NCBI GenBank assembly: GCA_964016885.1 | Contig: CAXHJY010000144.1 | Coordinates: 27,007 to 91,006 of the forward strand | Length of the DNA stretch: 64,000 bases | Source: Eledone cirrhosa | Taxonomy: Eukaryota | Direction of reading: 5' to 3' | Part shown: piece after piece, positions 1 through 14,009 of the stretch | How positions within the stretch are numbered: the stretch's first letter is position 1 | Layout: each line of letters starts with the position of its first letter | The notes under the pieces: model-generated | The model's input: the letters and a program-made list of their open reading frames with translations, nothing else | What the model was told of the DNA's origin: nothing | Databases searched by the model: none | Made by a program: the position numbers and the translations under genes

Positions 1-120
1 TCTCCTCAGTAAGTTTCAGTGATCTGAGGTCTGCTCTCACCACCTCGCCCCATGTTTTACGTGGTCTACGTCTACTGCGTCTTCTTTCTACTGGGATTTC
101 TTGGCATTTCTTTACCCATG
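1..120 (-). mobile_element. RTE LINE C-terminal fragment
   Basis: Minus strand translates to WVKKCQEIPVERRRSRRRPRKTWGEVVRADL, the RTE 'RPRKTW' C-terminal motif; abuts (TA)n. Confidence 0.75.
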
Positions 121-135
121 ATATATATATATATA

Positions 136-776
136 TGGCCTTCGGAAATAGTTGCCGAAATGCTGAAAGCATCTGGAACGGTGGGACACACTATGGTCAC
201 CCGGATAGTAAACCAAGTCTTACAGAATGGGGTCGTTCCGAAGGACTGGCGCAGCAGCATCATCATTAACTGCTACAAGGGTAAAGGTGATGCCCTAGAT
301 AGGGGAAACTATAGAGGCATTAAATTAATTGACTAGATCATGGTCACAGAAAAAGTAATAGCGCAACTAATCAGAGAGTGAATTGATCTAGACGAAATGC
401 AGTTCGGGTTTGTGACAGGTAAAAGTACAACAGACACTCTTTTCATTGTACGACAACTACAGGAGAAGTACCTAGCTAAAAGTAAACCCCTATACTTAGC
501 TTTTGTTGACTTGGAGAAAGCCTTTGACAGAGTACCCCGCTCGATTATCTGGTGGGCCCTTAGAAAACTAGGTGTTGATGAATGGCTTGTGATAGCTATA
601 CACGCCATGTATAAAGAAACAGTGAGCAAGGTTAGAATTAACAACGAATATAGTGAAGAGTTTAGCGTAAAAGTTGGTGTTCATCAGGGCTCCGTCCTTA
701 GCCCACTACTATTTATTATTGCCCTTCAGGCTATAACAGAGGAGTTCAAGACCGGCTGCCCATGGCAACTCCTATA
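136..776 (+). mobile_element. RTE LINE reverse transcriptase fragment (stop codons)
   Basis: VAEMLKASG, YKGKGD..NYRGIKL, QFGF, FVDLEKAFDRV, GVHQGSVLSPLLF in ORFs 52-336 and 397-840. Confidence 0.92.
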
Positions 777-1286
777 TAAGTATTTTTACGGAGGTACCTG
801 GTCTTTCTACTATCTTAATATTGAGTTTATGTTTATCTAGGGCCCTTCTAAATTTGTAAGCTAATTCACCTCTAGGGGTTGTATTGATGAACATTACACT
901 CTGGTATTTATTGCTATCATACCATGAGTTTATTCTATTAGCCTTATTCCTAGTTCTCTCTATTCTATTCCAAAATTTACTCCTATACAAGGGGCAGGTC
1001 CCATTTGTGTCATTATTTACCATTTTTTCCCATTTGGTTCTGGCTCCTCTATACACTCTGATTTTATCTCTCTGATTGTAACCAGAGAACTGCATACGGT
1101 GGATGAAGTGTTGTATGTGTCTCTCTAGTTCTTCGGGGTTGCACATGCAGGACACGTTTCTCATCACCCGTACCAAATCAGCAATCAGAATGTTGATTTT
1201 GGTATGGTCCGAAACAGCTGAGTTTCGGTGGATCAGATATTTGGAAGTCATGGGTTTGGCATAATGGGAATGGAGGATTTGTTTTT
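777..1286 (-). mobile_element. PLE fragment (RT thumb/linker), same family as 45346-49412
   Basis: ORF 772-1251 (MTSKYLIHRNSAVSDHTKINIL...) is nearly identical to translations of ~48040-48540. Confidence 0.9.
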
Positions 1287-1288
1287 TG

Positions 1289-1331
<43 letters not shown>

Positions 1332-1370
1332 CTATAATATATATATTATATATATATATATATATCTATA

Positions 1371-1401
<31 letters not shown>

Positions 1402-1403
1402 AT

Positions 1404-1460
<57 letters not shown>

Positions 1461-1550
1461 ATATATATTATATATATATATATATATAGATATATATTAT
1501 ATATATATAATATATATATATATATTATATCTATATATATTATATATATA

Positions 1551-4500
1551 TTTATTAAAATAACAGATTACAGTTTAAGCAAAGAATCGCTGCTTTCACC
1601 CTTAACGGGATCTTCTGAAACTGACAAAGTCAATTTACTTTATTCTTAACTCTGAAGCCGAGAATCATTCGGTTTCCTAGTTAGAATTTTAGTCTACGAT
1701 TTCAGTTATAACCATTTACGTGGTTTTGTCTTTGCGTGCAATTGTTCTCCACGCTCCACATATGACGTATTATCTTCGTTTTTTCCCCGTTCATTGCCAG
1801 AGAAAGTCTCTATGAACCATCTAAGAGAATATTAGTCTACGTCTTCTTTTATACCATAAACGTGGTTTTGTCTTTGCGTGTAATTGTTTTTCACCGCTCC
1901 AAATAATGACGTATTATATTCGTTTTTTCCCGTTCTTTGCCAGGAAACGTTTCCACGAACCAAAGTATCGTCTTCCTGTCTTCCTCCGGTTGCAACGTTT
2001 TTTGAAATATTCACTTCTGCGTTTACAGATTGACTTTGTCAGTTTCAGAAGATCCCGTTAAGGGTGAAAGCAGCGATTCTTTGCTTAAACTTTAATCTGT
2101 TATTTTAATAAATATTTGCTGTACAGTTCTTATATATTTGATATATATTTATCCTTATCAAGCCCTCTTTGGATTTTAGTCTTCAAATTTATTATCATTA
2201 CTATTTGGCTCCCTCGGTTGAGTACTCTATTGACCTATATTTATCATGCAGAAACAACATCTGAATATTTCTACAAAGAACATACCCGTACCAAGCAGGA
2301 AAACATACCTAAAACTCCTGATACAGAAAACAGACGCGTTCATTAAAAGGTTGTGTTGTCATGCCTTTTATTTCGATAATCCGCGAAAAGCAGACAACTA
2401 ACAGGATAAATTTGGGTTTAAAACCTATAATAACACTCCGTGTAACCCAGCATTGCTACCCTTCGAAAATGATGTCTTGGAAATCATACAGAGTATCAAA
2501 TTTCGGAATAGGAGCAATTCCTTCCAGCAGGACCTGAAGAATAGAATTCCTTCTATTAAGGATTCTAATGCCGTGCACGTCCATTCCGACAAAACTGGCA
2601 ACCTATATCAAGTGGAGCGCAGTACTTACCATCAACTACTACATAATGCTGTAACTAAGGATTACCGTAAAACTAATCGGTGCGTCATCAATGAAATCAA
2701 CGATGCTGGGTTTAAAATCACTTTGGATCTCAACATCCTGGACTGGACCGAACCTCTGAACCCTCTGTCTCCCCACTTTACCTTGAAGGACCACAAATCC
2801 AATTTTCCGAACAACCCCTCTATTCGGCTTATTAACCCTACGAAGTCCGATTTAGGTAGACTTAGTAAAAGGATTCTTGATAGAATTATACCTGAAATTA
2901 GAAGTTTGGCCCCTCTTGCACTGTGGAACAATTCTTTCGCGGTGATTGATTGGTTCAACGGCATATGCAACAAGGAACATTGCCATTTTATCCAATTCGA
3001 CATCAATAATTACTACTCCTCCATCACTTTACCACTTCTCCTTAGAGTTATCAATTTCGTTTAAAACACTCACAGTGGTTAAGGATTTTGAAGTTGATGT
3101 CATCCTCAATGCCTGTAAGTCGGTGATTAATTTCGACGACTCTATTTGGATTAAAAAATCCAATAGTACCCCATTCGACGGGAGTATGAGCGTCAGTGAT
3201 TCTGCGGAGGTTACTGATCTTATTGGCTTTTTCCTTCTTTTCTCTATCAAGTATGAATTCCCCAACGTGGGCGGTGGTTTGTACCGTGATGATGGTCTTT
3301 TGACCATGACTAAGTGCGGCGCTCGTGCTTACGACAGGTTCAGAAAAGAACTCACAGCCTTCTTTAAAGGCTTCAACCTCTCTATACAGGTTGAGGCCAA
3401 CCTCTCGGTCGTTAATTACCTCGACATTACCCTCAATTTATCGAATGGCTTGTATTACCCATATAGAAAGCCGAATGATACGCTTAATTACATAAGTAAG
3501 CATTCCAACCATCCTGCCAGCATAACCAAGAACCTGGTAAGAAACGTTTCATCGAGGCTTTCCCGTCTATCTACTAACGAGCATATTTTCAACGACCATT
3601 CCACATATTACAATGAAGCTCTTGCTCGGAGTGGATTTATCGATAAGGTAGCATATACAGAGTACGAGAATAGACCTAGAAAAAATAGATCGCGACGCAT
3701 TATATAGTATAACCCACCATATAATATGGAGGTGGCCACACCATTAGCTAAGATCTGGGATATATCGTATAACGGAAATAAAAGACCATGTGACATCTAC
3801 ACCACTGAGGCCCTGGAAATACTCTACGCCACAGACCACATCTTAAACAAAAAATTTGAGGCAATTTCGGCTTGTAAACATAAATTGCACAAAACTTTCC
3901 TGTATTACAGCCCCACATTATACCCTAACAGATAGTACGATCTATACGCGGATATTTTACGTCCTGATGTGGTAGCTAAGTATATGTTATGTTTATTTCA
4001 TTACTTATTTGCATAGGTAAGTATATATTACCTTCATGTTTTGTGAAAGTTTGTATACTTTCTCGTACGTATATTTGATTGTATATGTTATGGCGTATAT
4101 TTTATATATTCTGGTACATATGCTTTTGGTTATGTGTATACGTGAGTTTTGCGTCTGTGCGAGTATGCGGGTTCGTACGTATGTAGGGTGTGTGTATATG
4201 TGTACTTCGTGTTTTGGTTGACGTACGTATCCGAACATTTGTGTATTTACATGTAGGTATGTGTGTGCATTTGTTATATATGTATTTATTTATTTATATA
4301 CGTTTATTTAATTATTTGTATACACGCACACACACACACATATTTATATGTGGGTGTTTTTGTATACCTATTGCGAGTGTTTTCACGTATGGATGTGTAT
4401 GTACGTACTTGGATGCGTGTATGTATTTATTTAATTACAATTAGCTCTGTATTTTATTTACTTTATTCTTAACTCTGAAGTCGAGAATCATTTGGTTTCC

Positions 4501-5022
4501 TAGTTAGAATTTTAGTCTACGACTTCAGTTATACCATTTACGTGGTTTTGTCTTTGCGTGCAATTATTCTCCATGCTCCACATATGACGTATTATCTTCG
4601 TTTTTTCCCGTTCATTGCCAGAGAACGTCTCTATGAACCACCTAAGAGAACATTAGTCTACGACTTCTTTTATACCATAAACGTGGTTCTGTCTTTGCGT
4701 CTAATTGTTTTTCACCGCTCCAAATAATAACGTATTATATTCGTTTTTTCCCGTTCTTTGCCAGGGAACGTTTCCACGAACCAAAGTATCGTCTTCCTGT
4801 CTTCCTCCGGTTGCAGCGTTTTTTTAAATATTCACTTCTGCGTTCACAAATTGACTTTGTCAGTTTCAGAAGATCCTGTTAAGGGTGAAAGCAGCGATTC
4901 CTTGCTTAAACTTTAATCTGTTATTTTAATAAATATCTGCTCTACGGTTCTTATATATTTGATATATATTTATCCTTATCAAGCCCTCTTTGGTTTTTAG
5001 TCTTCAAATTTATTATTATTAC
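1551..5022 (+). mobile_element. Penelope-like element with direct pseudo-LTRs and a 5' inverted segment; decayed, GIY-YIG largely deleted
   Basis: ORF starts at 2246 (MQKQHLNISTKNIPVP, stop ~2400), then DKTGNLY, TLKDHK, RLINPTKSDLG, FDINNYY, GLYRDDGL, NYLDITL, SNHP. Direct repeat ~1635-2200 = ~4457-5020; 1551-1634 is an inverted copy of ~2028-2112; flanked by (TA)n. Confidence 0.9.
2041..2091 (+). ncRNA. Hammerhead ribozyme, variant core CAGAAGA (copies at 4861-4912 + and 1571-1623 -)
   Basis: AGTTT-CAGAAGA-tCCCgttaaGGGt-GAAA-GCA..TGC-T-T-AAACT; stems I, II and III pair by eye. Confidence 0.6.
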
Positions 5023-5031
5023 TATATATTA

Positions 5032-5081
<50 letters not shown>

Positions 5082-5130
5082 ATTATATATATATATTATA
5101 TATGTAAATATATATATATATATATATATA

Positions 5131-5476
5131 TACCCCGTCCCACCACCCCCACCCCATCCACACCACCCCATTCTATGTAAAGTTATGTTGGTGCCGCGCC
5201 ATCCAGGCCGAAACAAATGAGATCGTGTAGGTGTCACGACAAAAAAACACACAGTCCACGCTGTAATGTGGCCATGTAGGCAACACGGTAAAAACCTCCC
5301 AGACCCACACTGTAAATGTGGTTGGTGTTAGGAAGGGCATCCAACTGTAGAAAACCTGCCAGACAGTCCTATGCGAGCAAGACAATCACTCTTGCCTCAA
5401 GTGGGACTACCCCCATCCAAACCCATGCAAGCGTGGAACACGGACGTTAAACGTTGATGATGATGATGATGATGAT
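5131..5476 (+). mobile_element. RTE family-1 3' UTR-only copy with (TGA)n tail
   Basis: Near-identical to ~19753-20103; ends in (TGA)n within (TA)n. Confidence 0.88.
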
Positions 5477-5529
5477 TATATATATATATTATATATTGTA
5501 AATGACCCCATTGAGTGTAAACTCTAAGT

Positions 5530-5907
<378 letters not shown>

Positions 5908-5908
<1 letters not shown>

Positions 5909-6767
5909 TGAATATAGACATAGAATATTCGAAAATATTCTGTATGTTTATAATAAACATTTTGAAGACCTAATCGCTATAGAATAGAATACGTCACGTA
6001 TTACAATTAGATTCTCGATAAAAGCAAGGGAAGTAATCTACGCGTTTCATTCTTATTAGAAATCTTCAGGACTACATATCGAGTGCTTTTATCGAGAATG
6101 ACACAGCTAGAGACTTCACATATATATCGCTATTTCAGAGCATTTATTCCAATTTCTAATTTCTGCCGGACCGGCAACCGCTCTTTCAAACCAGTTCCTG
6201 TACACAGCTAAGTATTCTATAAGTCTCTAGCTGTGTCATTCTCGATAAAAGCACTGGATATGTAGTCCTGAAGATTTCTAATAAGAATGAAACGCGTAGA
6301 TTACTTCCCTTGCTTTTATCGAGAATCTAATTGTAATACGTGACGTATTCTATTCTATAGCGATTAGGTCTTCAAAATGTTTATTATAAACATACAGAAT
6401 ATTTTCGAATATTCTATGTCTATATTCACATATATATCGCTATTTCAGAGCATTTATTCCAATTTCTAATTTCTGCCGGACCGGCAACCGCTCTTTCAAA
6501 CCAGTTCCTGTACACAGCTAAGTATTCTATAAGTCTCTAGCTGTGTCATTCTCGATAAAAGCACTGGATATGTAGTCCTGAAGATTTCTAATAAGAATGA
6601 AACGCGTAGATTACTTCCCTTGCTTTTATCGAGAATCTAATTGTAATACGTGACGTATTCTATTCTATAGCGATTAGGTCTTCAAAATGTTTATTATAAA
6701 CATACAGAATATTTTCGAATATTCTATGTCTATATTCACATATATATCGCTATTTCAGAGCATTTAT

Positions 6768-6772
<5 letters not shown>
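5908..6772 (+). mobile_element. Non-coding 310-bp tandem HHR repeat (retrozyme-like/non-autonomous PLE) with an inverted partial copy
   Basis: Units ~6115-6424 and ~6425-6734 plus a partial unit to 6772; 5908-6116 is the reverse complement of ~6221-6428; one HHR per unit. Confidence 0.85.
6262..6304 (+). ncRNA. Minimal type I hammerhead ribozyme (copies at 6572-6614 + and 6033-6075 -)
   Basis: GTAGTC-CTGAAGA-tTTCtaataaGAAt-GAAA-CGCG-TA-GATTAC; canonical core, palindromic ACGCGT stem III. Confidence 0.85.
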
Positions 6773-6809
<37 letters not shown>

Positions 6810-6810
6810 T

Positions 6811-7221
6811 ATCATCATCATCATCATCATCACCGTTTTACGTCCGTTCTTCCACGCTATCATGGGTTAGACGGGTTGTCCTGTTGTGGGCAGTGTCTGG
6901 TCGGCTGACCATGCCTTGCTCATACAGGAACTGATTTGCCTTGATTTCTACAGCTGGACCGCCTCTCCTGCACACAGCATTTGATTCCTCTTATGCTCAG
7001 TCTCTCTCTCAATTCATTTATGCTTTGTCGTTCACGTATATTACTGTTACACATCCATCGGAGCATGCAGGCTTCGTTTCTCTCTAATCTACGTAAGTCT
7101 TCCACCTTCAGCGCCCAGGTCTCACTACCATGCAACATCGCTGTTCGGATACACGCATCATACAGTCTGCCTTTCATTCTGAGGGAGAAGCCTTTTGCAG
7201 CTAGCAGTGGTAGTAGTTCCC
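6811..7221 (-). mobile_element. RTE fragment joined to an RTE-type 3' tail
   Basis: ORF 6920-7177 ([19 protein letters not shown]) fused at ~6957 to a tail ending GGACGTAAAACGG(TGA)n. Confidence 0.8.
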
Positions 7222-7277
7222 TACATATATATATATTATATATATTATATATATATATATATTATATATATATTATA

Positions 7278-8919
7278 TATCATCATCATCATCATCATCA
7301 TCGTTTAATGTCCCTGCTCCACGCTTGCATGGGTTTGGACGGGAGTTTTCCCACTTGAGGCAAGAGTCGTTGTCTTGCTCGCATAGGACTGTCTGGCGGG
7401 TTTTCTACAGCTGGATGCCCTTCCTAACACCAACCACATTTACAGTGTGGGACTGGGAGGTTTTTACCGTGTTGCCTACACGGCCACATTACAGCGTGGA
7501 CTGTGTGTTTTTTTGTCGTGACACCTACACAATCTCATTTGTTTCGGCCTGGATGTTGTGGCACCAACATAACTTTACATTGAAAGGGGCGGTGTGGATG
7601 GGGTGGGGATAGTGGGACGGGGGTGTAATTTGTTAGAGGTGCCTACTGACTGTAGTAGGTTTCACTTTGTACTTAGGTAAGGCGGGTCTTCTCTATTACT
7701 GTGTAGCGCCAAAGCTCTCGGTCCAGTGACATTGTCTTGGAGAGGTGTAAGTGTGTGAGGTCGGAGTTTATCAGGTTGTCCCAGGTTTTTCTGGGTCTGC
7801 CTACTCCGTGGCTACCATCTATCTTTATTGCCCTGCACTTTGCTATACAGCTGTCGTCTTTCATGCGCATCACGTGACCATACCAATGTAGCCTTCTCTC
7901 GAGTAAACAACATCTGATCCCTCTTATTTCTAATTTTTTCCTTAGTTCGTTTATGCTTTGCCGTTCGCGTATATTACTATTACACATCCAGCGGAGCATG
8001 CAAGCTTCGTTCCTCTCTAGTCTGCATATATCCTCTGCACACATTGCCCAGGTCTCACTGCCATGCAACATTGCTGTTCGTATGCAGGCATCATACAACC
8101 TGCCTTTCATTTTTAGGGAGAACCCTTTAGCGGCTAATAGTGGTATAAGCTCTCTGAACTTTTTCCATCCAGTTCTGACTCTAGCTACTGTACTTTCAGA
8201 GCACCCTCCTCCACTGCTGATTTTGTCACCCAGGTAATGGAAGCTGTCCACTATTTCTATAGAACCCTCTGCGCAATTGAAAGAGCTAGTATTTGTGGGC
8301 ACTTGCTGCTACTTATTGCACCAGAGCACTGGCCACATGTAAAATCTATGTTTTTAGTTAGCTTACCTATGATCCCACTACATCTTTTATGCACCCATAC
8401 TTTGCATTTGGGACATAAAATGGAGTTTCTACCTACACCTTTCCTACACACTGAGCATGGCCATTTCCCGGAAGGGACCGGCGCCTTATTTTCTTTCCTA
8501 CAAACTAGAACTTTAGTCTTAGCCAGGTTAATTTTAAGGCCTTTTGATTCTAGGCCGTGCTTCCATGTTTGGAATTTCTTCTCTAGCTCGGCCATTGATT
8601 CAGCTATGAGCGTTAGATCATCTGCGTATAGGAGTTCCCATGGGTAGCCGGTCTTGAACTCCACTGTTATAGCCTGAAGGGCAATAATAAATAGTAGGGG
8701 GCTAAGAACAGAGCCCTGATGAACACCAACTTTTACGCTAAACTCTTCACTATATTCGTTGTTTATTCTCACCTTGCTGACTGCTTATTTATACATGGCT
8801 TGTATAGCTCTCACAAGCCATTCATCAACACCTAGTTTTCTAAGAGCCCACCAGATAATGGAATGGGGGACTCTGTCGAAGGCTTTCTCCAAGTCGACAA
8901 AGGCTAAGTATAGGGGGTT
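7278..8919 (-). mobile_element. RTE family-1 copy A (RT C-half, PHD-like insert, 3' UTR, tail); frameshifted
   Basis: ORFs 8257-8772 (YADD) and 7673-8302 (GRPRKTW..EKTRLT); 3' UTR 7278-7672. Confidence 0.95.
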
Positions 8920-8930
8920 TACACCACCCC

Positions 8931-10292
8931 TTTCACGTGCATCACGTGACCGTACCAACGTAGTCTTCTCTCAAGTAAACAACATCTGATCCCTCTTATT
9001 TCTAATTTTTCCCTTAGTTCATTTATGCTTTGCCGTTCACGTATATTACTATTACACATCCAGCGGAGCATGCAAGCTTCGTTCCTCTCCAGTCTGCGTA
9101 TATCCTCTGAACACAATGGCCAGGTCTCACTGCCATGTAACATTGCTGTTCGTATGCAGGCATCATACAGCCTGCCTTTCATTTTTAGAGAGAACCTTTT
9201 AGCGGCTAATAGTGATATAAGCTCTCTGAACTTTTTCCATCCAGTTCTGACTCTAGCTACTGTACTTTCAGAGCACCCTCCCCCACTGCTGATTTTGTCA
9301 CCCAGGTAACGGAAGCTGTCCACTATTTCTATAGAACCCTCTGCGCAATTGAAAGAGCTAGTATTTTGTGGGCACTTGCTGCTACTTATTGCACCAGAGC
9401 ACCGGCCACATATAAAATCTATCTTCTTAGTTAGCTTAACTGTGATCCCACTACATCTTTTATGCACCCGTACTTTGCATTTGGGACATAAAATGGAGTT
9501 TCTACCTACTCCTTTCCTACACACTGAGCATGGCCATTTCCCGGATGGGACCGGTGCCCTATTTTCCTTCCTACAAACTAGAACTTTAGTCTTAGACAGG
9601 TTAATTTTAAGGCCTTTTGATTCTAGACCATGCTTCTTGTCTAGTTCAGCCATTGATTCAGCTATGAGCGTTAGATCATCTGCGTATAGGAATTCCCATG
9701 GGCAGCCGGTCTTGAACTCTTCTGTTATAGCCTGAAGGGCAATAATAAATAGTAGGGGGCTAAGAACAAAGCCCTGATGAACACCTACTTTTACGCTAAA
9801 CTCTTCGCTATATTCGTTGTTAATTCTAACCTTGCTGACTGTTTCTTTATACATGGCTTGTATAGCTCTCACAAGCCATTCATCAACACCTAGTTTTCTA
9901 AGAGCCCACCAGATAATGGAACGGGGGACTCTGTCAAAGGCTTACTCCAAGTCGACAAAGGTTAAGTATAGGGGTTTACTTTTAGCTAGGTACTTCTCCT
10001 GTAGTTGTCGTACAATGAAAAGAGCGTCTGTGGTACTTTTACCTGACACAAACCCGAACTGCATTTCATCTAGATCAATTCGCTCTCTGATTAGTTGCGC
10101 TATTACTATTTCTGTGACCTTCATGACCTGGTCGAATTATTTAATGCCACTATTGTTACCCCTATCTAGAGCATCTCCTTTACCCTTGTAGCAGTTAATG
10201 ATGATGCTGCTACGCCAGTCCTTCGGAACAACCCCATTCTGTATGACTTGGTTTACTATCCGGGTGACCATAGTGTGTCCCACCGTTCCAGA
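8931..10292 (-). mobile_element. RTE family-1 copy B (RT), 3'-truncated, in tandem with copy A
   Basis: ORFs 9942-10124 and 8919-9872 with QFGF, QG..LSP, YADD, WYGHVM. Confidence 0.95.
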
Positions 10293-10380
10293 ATGATATA
10301 TATATCTATATATATATGATATATATATATATATATATATATGATATATATATCTATATGATATATATATCTATATGATA

Positions 10381-10478
<98 letters not shown>

Positions 10479-10505
10479 ATTAACAAATGGAAACTATATT
10501 TATAA

Positions 10506-10712
10506 TCAGATTTCATCTGTCGCCTTCAGCAGATTAACTTTCAAGAAATCCCACTGTTCCTCTATATCGTACGTCTCTAATTGCTCTTCCTTACTGTCAA
10601 AAGCATCAAGTAATATGTTTTTAAATTTGTTATTGGCTGTGGGGTCCTTCAACTTCCATATTCTTCTCCTCAAAGTAGTCCTCCTCTGTCGTTGAGTACG
10701 TCTCACTAACTA
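10506..10712 (-). mobile_element. RTE endonuclease-RT linker fragment
   Basis: RRRIWKLKDP...IEEQWDFLKVNLLKATDEI is typical of the RTE post-APE linker; collinear with copy B across a microsatellite. Confidence 0.7.
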
Positions 10713-11776
10713 TTAGGCTATGTTGGTAGGTGCAATATTCACGGGGGAGGGACTTAGTGTTTACAACATACACTCTGTCACGTCTTCTGGTAAGGATTTA
10801 ATCTACCTGGCTGGCGTACTCCCCTGATCTATAGGTGATCGAGTGATTGTGTCTGTTCAAGCTAATATCTACTGGTGTCTAAATGTTTGAAATTATTTTA
10901 CTACCATTGTATAAATTTACAGTAGAATAAAGGTATGTTGTTCCTGAAGAACTAGGATTCATTTTTAACTTGAGATACACGGAAAAATTTATGGGGGGGG
11001 GGGGGCGATTTTCATGCGAGTATATACGATAGGTAATGTTACGCAAGACAAGGGTTTATTTCTGACGACGCTATTCTATACGAATACCCACAATCACTAT
11101 TTACCAAAAGGTAAAACAACGTTTATGGATCGTTTCGGTTGATTGAAGTCATGTTATTGTTTTAATAGAGATCTCTCACACAGGCACTATACCTTAAGCT
11201 TTAATTAATGAAGTTAATTATATCGACTATTACATATTTTATCGTTTCCGGAAACAAGAGCATATTAAGCTTGGCTGGAATTTCTATCGGAGCCCTTACT
11301 TACAATCTATGATAGCAAACTAAAAATAATTTGGAACCCTTTAAATATTGTGATGCACCTGGGTATAACCTAGTCAGCCTTAATCCGCCACGTAACACCC
11401 TCAAGCCCCCCCCCCCTAATTCCAGACCTGCCTACACGCAAATTATAAATAATATATATACTATCATTTGATAGTATATTTGATAGTACACTATTTGATA
11501 GTATACCCTTTGATAGTATACTATTATATAATCTCTACCCGCCCACTTAGGCCCCAGCGCAACCTGGACCTTCTCAAGGCCTTCCGGGGGCGGTAGCTTC
11601 CACTTTGAGAACCTCTGGTGTAAACGAAGTTAACCTCGGTGTGATTTGAACACGGAAATGTAAAATGAAACTAAATACAGCAAATAATTTTCTCCATAAC
11701 TATTGATCCATTTGGCATATATTTTAAAACTTTCGAAGTTTAGTGCATAATTAGTTCATTATTTTACGATTGTTTT

Positions 11777-11975
11777 ACGGCGGTGAATTGGCAGTATCGG
11801 TAGCGAGTTGGACGCCATGCTTTGACGCATAGAGTTACTGCCCTTGCCATTCTGAGTTCAAATCCCGCCGAGGTTAACTTTGCCTTTCATCCTTACGGGG
11901 TCGATAAAATAAAGTACCAGTAATGTACTGAGTAATTGCTGGCCTTAGAATTGCTAAAAGTAGAAACAATTATTT
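11777..11975 (+). mobile_element. tRNA-derived SINE with Meta-domain-like core
   Basis: A-box-like TGGCAGTATCGG, B-box GAGTTCAAATCC, core GCCTTTCATCCTTACGGGGTCGATAAAATAAAGTACCAG. Confidence 0.85.
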
Positions 11976-12190
11976 TACGATTGTTTCAGAAGGTTGATTG
12001 ATATAGTAATGTTATGAAAATAATCGTCAAAAGTTAAAAATTACTTACGTTACGTAATTTCTTTGTTACTATTAGCCATCTAATAATTTCGGTATCACGA
12101 TAGTGATACTAAGCAAGTTATGAAGGCAGGTAGTTTAGCGATAGAGAATTGAACGAAAGCGAAAATAAGAGTGCCACCGGAAATAACAGC

Positions 12191-12659
12191 TGTGAAATAT
12201 ACAGCGCCATCTACCTGTTAGCTAGCTACTCAACGTGAAACAAAAGAACCCTTAGAACCTACCAGAATTAGAACCTACTAGAATAAACGCCTACACATCG
12301 ACTAAACAACAAAGGATTGTTCCTGTATAAATAGAGTGGTTCCTAACACTTTCGCTAGTCGATTTTTGGCAGAGTCAGCTAGCGCATCGTTGTTCCTTTA
12401 CTCTGCCACGCTTTGTCACTCACACACGCATTGCCTTGTACCCCGTATCGTTGCTTCATGTGAAAATAAATAGCTGATCGAATTTACATCTCGCCTTGCT
12501 TCGTCCTTTCAACTTGTGCTTTCGTCTGTCCATCCTCAACAGTTCTTTTAAGGGCTATCTTCATATCTGATCAGACCGTATGCGATAACAGTCCTTCTAA
12601 GGACTATTCTCGGATCTGATCAGAAGTAGTGACTAGACTGACCAACCAGCGTCGCTACA
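12191..12659 (+). mobile_element. Possible solo LTR
   Basis: TGTG...CTACA ends, TATAAATA at ~12326, AATAAA at ~12465; no target-site duplication found. Confidence 0.35.
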
Positions 12660-12737
12660 CATACACAAATACACGCACAGACAGACATACAGATTTACCT
12701 AGTTGATGTTATCTAATTTCCAATGAGTTCAAATTTC

Positions 12738-13930
12738 CATGAGTTCAAATCCCGCCGAGGTTAACTTTGCCTTTCATCCTTACGGGGTCGATAAAATAAA
12801 GTACCAGTAATGTACTGGTTAATTTGCTGGCCTTGTGCCAATAGTAGAAACAGTTATCTAATTTCCAATGAAAGAGTCTTGCTTTTGTGTTAGAAAAAAA
12901 TGTTTCATAATGGTTTCTTATTTAAGCTCAAGACCAACAATTTTGGGGTAGGAGGAAAGTCGATTAAATTGACCTCAGTGCGTTACTGGTACTTTATTTT
13001 ATCGACCTACTAAGGATGACGGGCAAAGCTAACCTCGGCGGGATTTGAACTCAGAATGTAAAGGACCGTAACTCTATGCCGCGAAGTAGGGTGTCCGACA
13101 CTCTACCGATACTGCCAATCCACTGCCCTTAAGGATGAAAGGCAAAGGTAACCTCAGCAAGATTTGAACTCAGATCGTAAAGGGCCGTAACTCTATTCCA
13201 TAAAGTATATTGTCCAACGTTCCACAGATACTGCCAATAATAATAATAATTGTTTCTACTTTTGGCACAAGGCCAGCAATTATCCCAGTGCATTACTGGT
13301 GCTTTATTTTATCGATCCCGTAATGATGAAAAGCAAAGTTAACCTCGGTGAGATTTGAACTCAGATCGTAACGGGCCGTAACTCTATGCTACATAGCATG
13401 GCGTCCGACCGTCTACCGATACTGCCAATAATAATAATTGTTTCTACTTTTGGCACAAGGCCAGCAATTATTCCAGTGCATTACTGGTGCTTTATTTTAT
13501 CGATCCCGTCATGATGAAAAGCAAAGTTAACCTCCGCGGGGTTTGAACTCAGAATGGCAAGGGCCGTAACTCTATGCGTCAAAGCATGGCGTCCGACCCT
13601 CTACCGATACTGCCAATCCACCGCATAATAATTGTTTCTACTTTTGGCACAAGGCCAGCAATTACACAATACATTACTGGTACTTTATTTTATCGACCCC
13701 GTAAGGATGAAAGGCAAAGTTAACCTCGATGGGATTTGAACTCAGACCGTAATAAGACGTAACTATGCTAGAAAGCATGACGTCCAACCCTCTACCGATA
13801 CTGCCAAATCGTCGCCCTCCGCATAATAATTGTTTCTACTATTTGCACAAGGCCAGCAATTACCCAGTACATTACTGGTACTTCATTTTATCGACCCCGT
13901 AAGGATGAAAGGCAAAGTTAAACTCGGCGG
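12738..13930 (-). mobile_element. SINE cluster: one partial + copy (12738-12856) and ~6 tandem minus-strand copies
   Basis: Repeated TTGTTTCTACTTTTGGCACAAGGCCAGCAATT...GGATTTGAACTCAGA...CTACCGATACTGCCAAT units of ~185-200 bp. Confidence 0.9.
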
Positions 13931-14009
13931 CAACCAGAATATGCATGCATACACACACAAATGCGTGCATGCATGCATATTATCGGGCAGCTGACATACA
14001 TATATAAAG

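Noticed and set aside
10940-11090. CTGAAGA and CTGACGA HHR-like seeds
   Set aside because: No convincing stem II, GAAA and stem I
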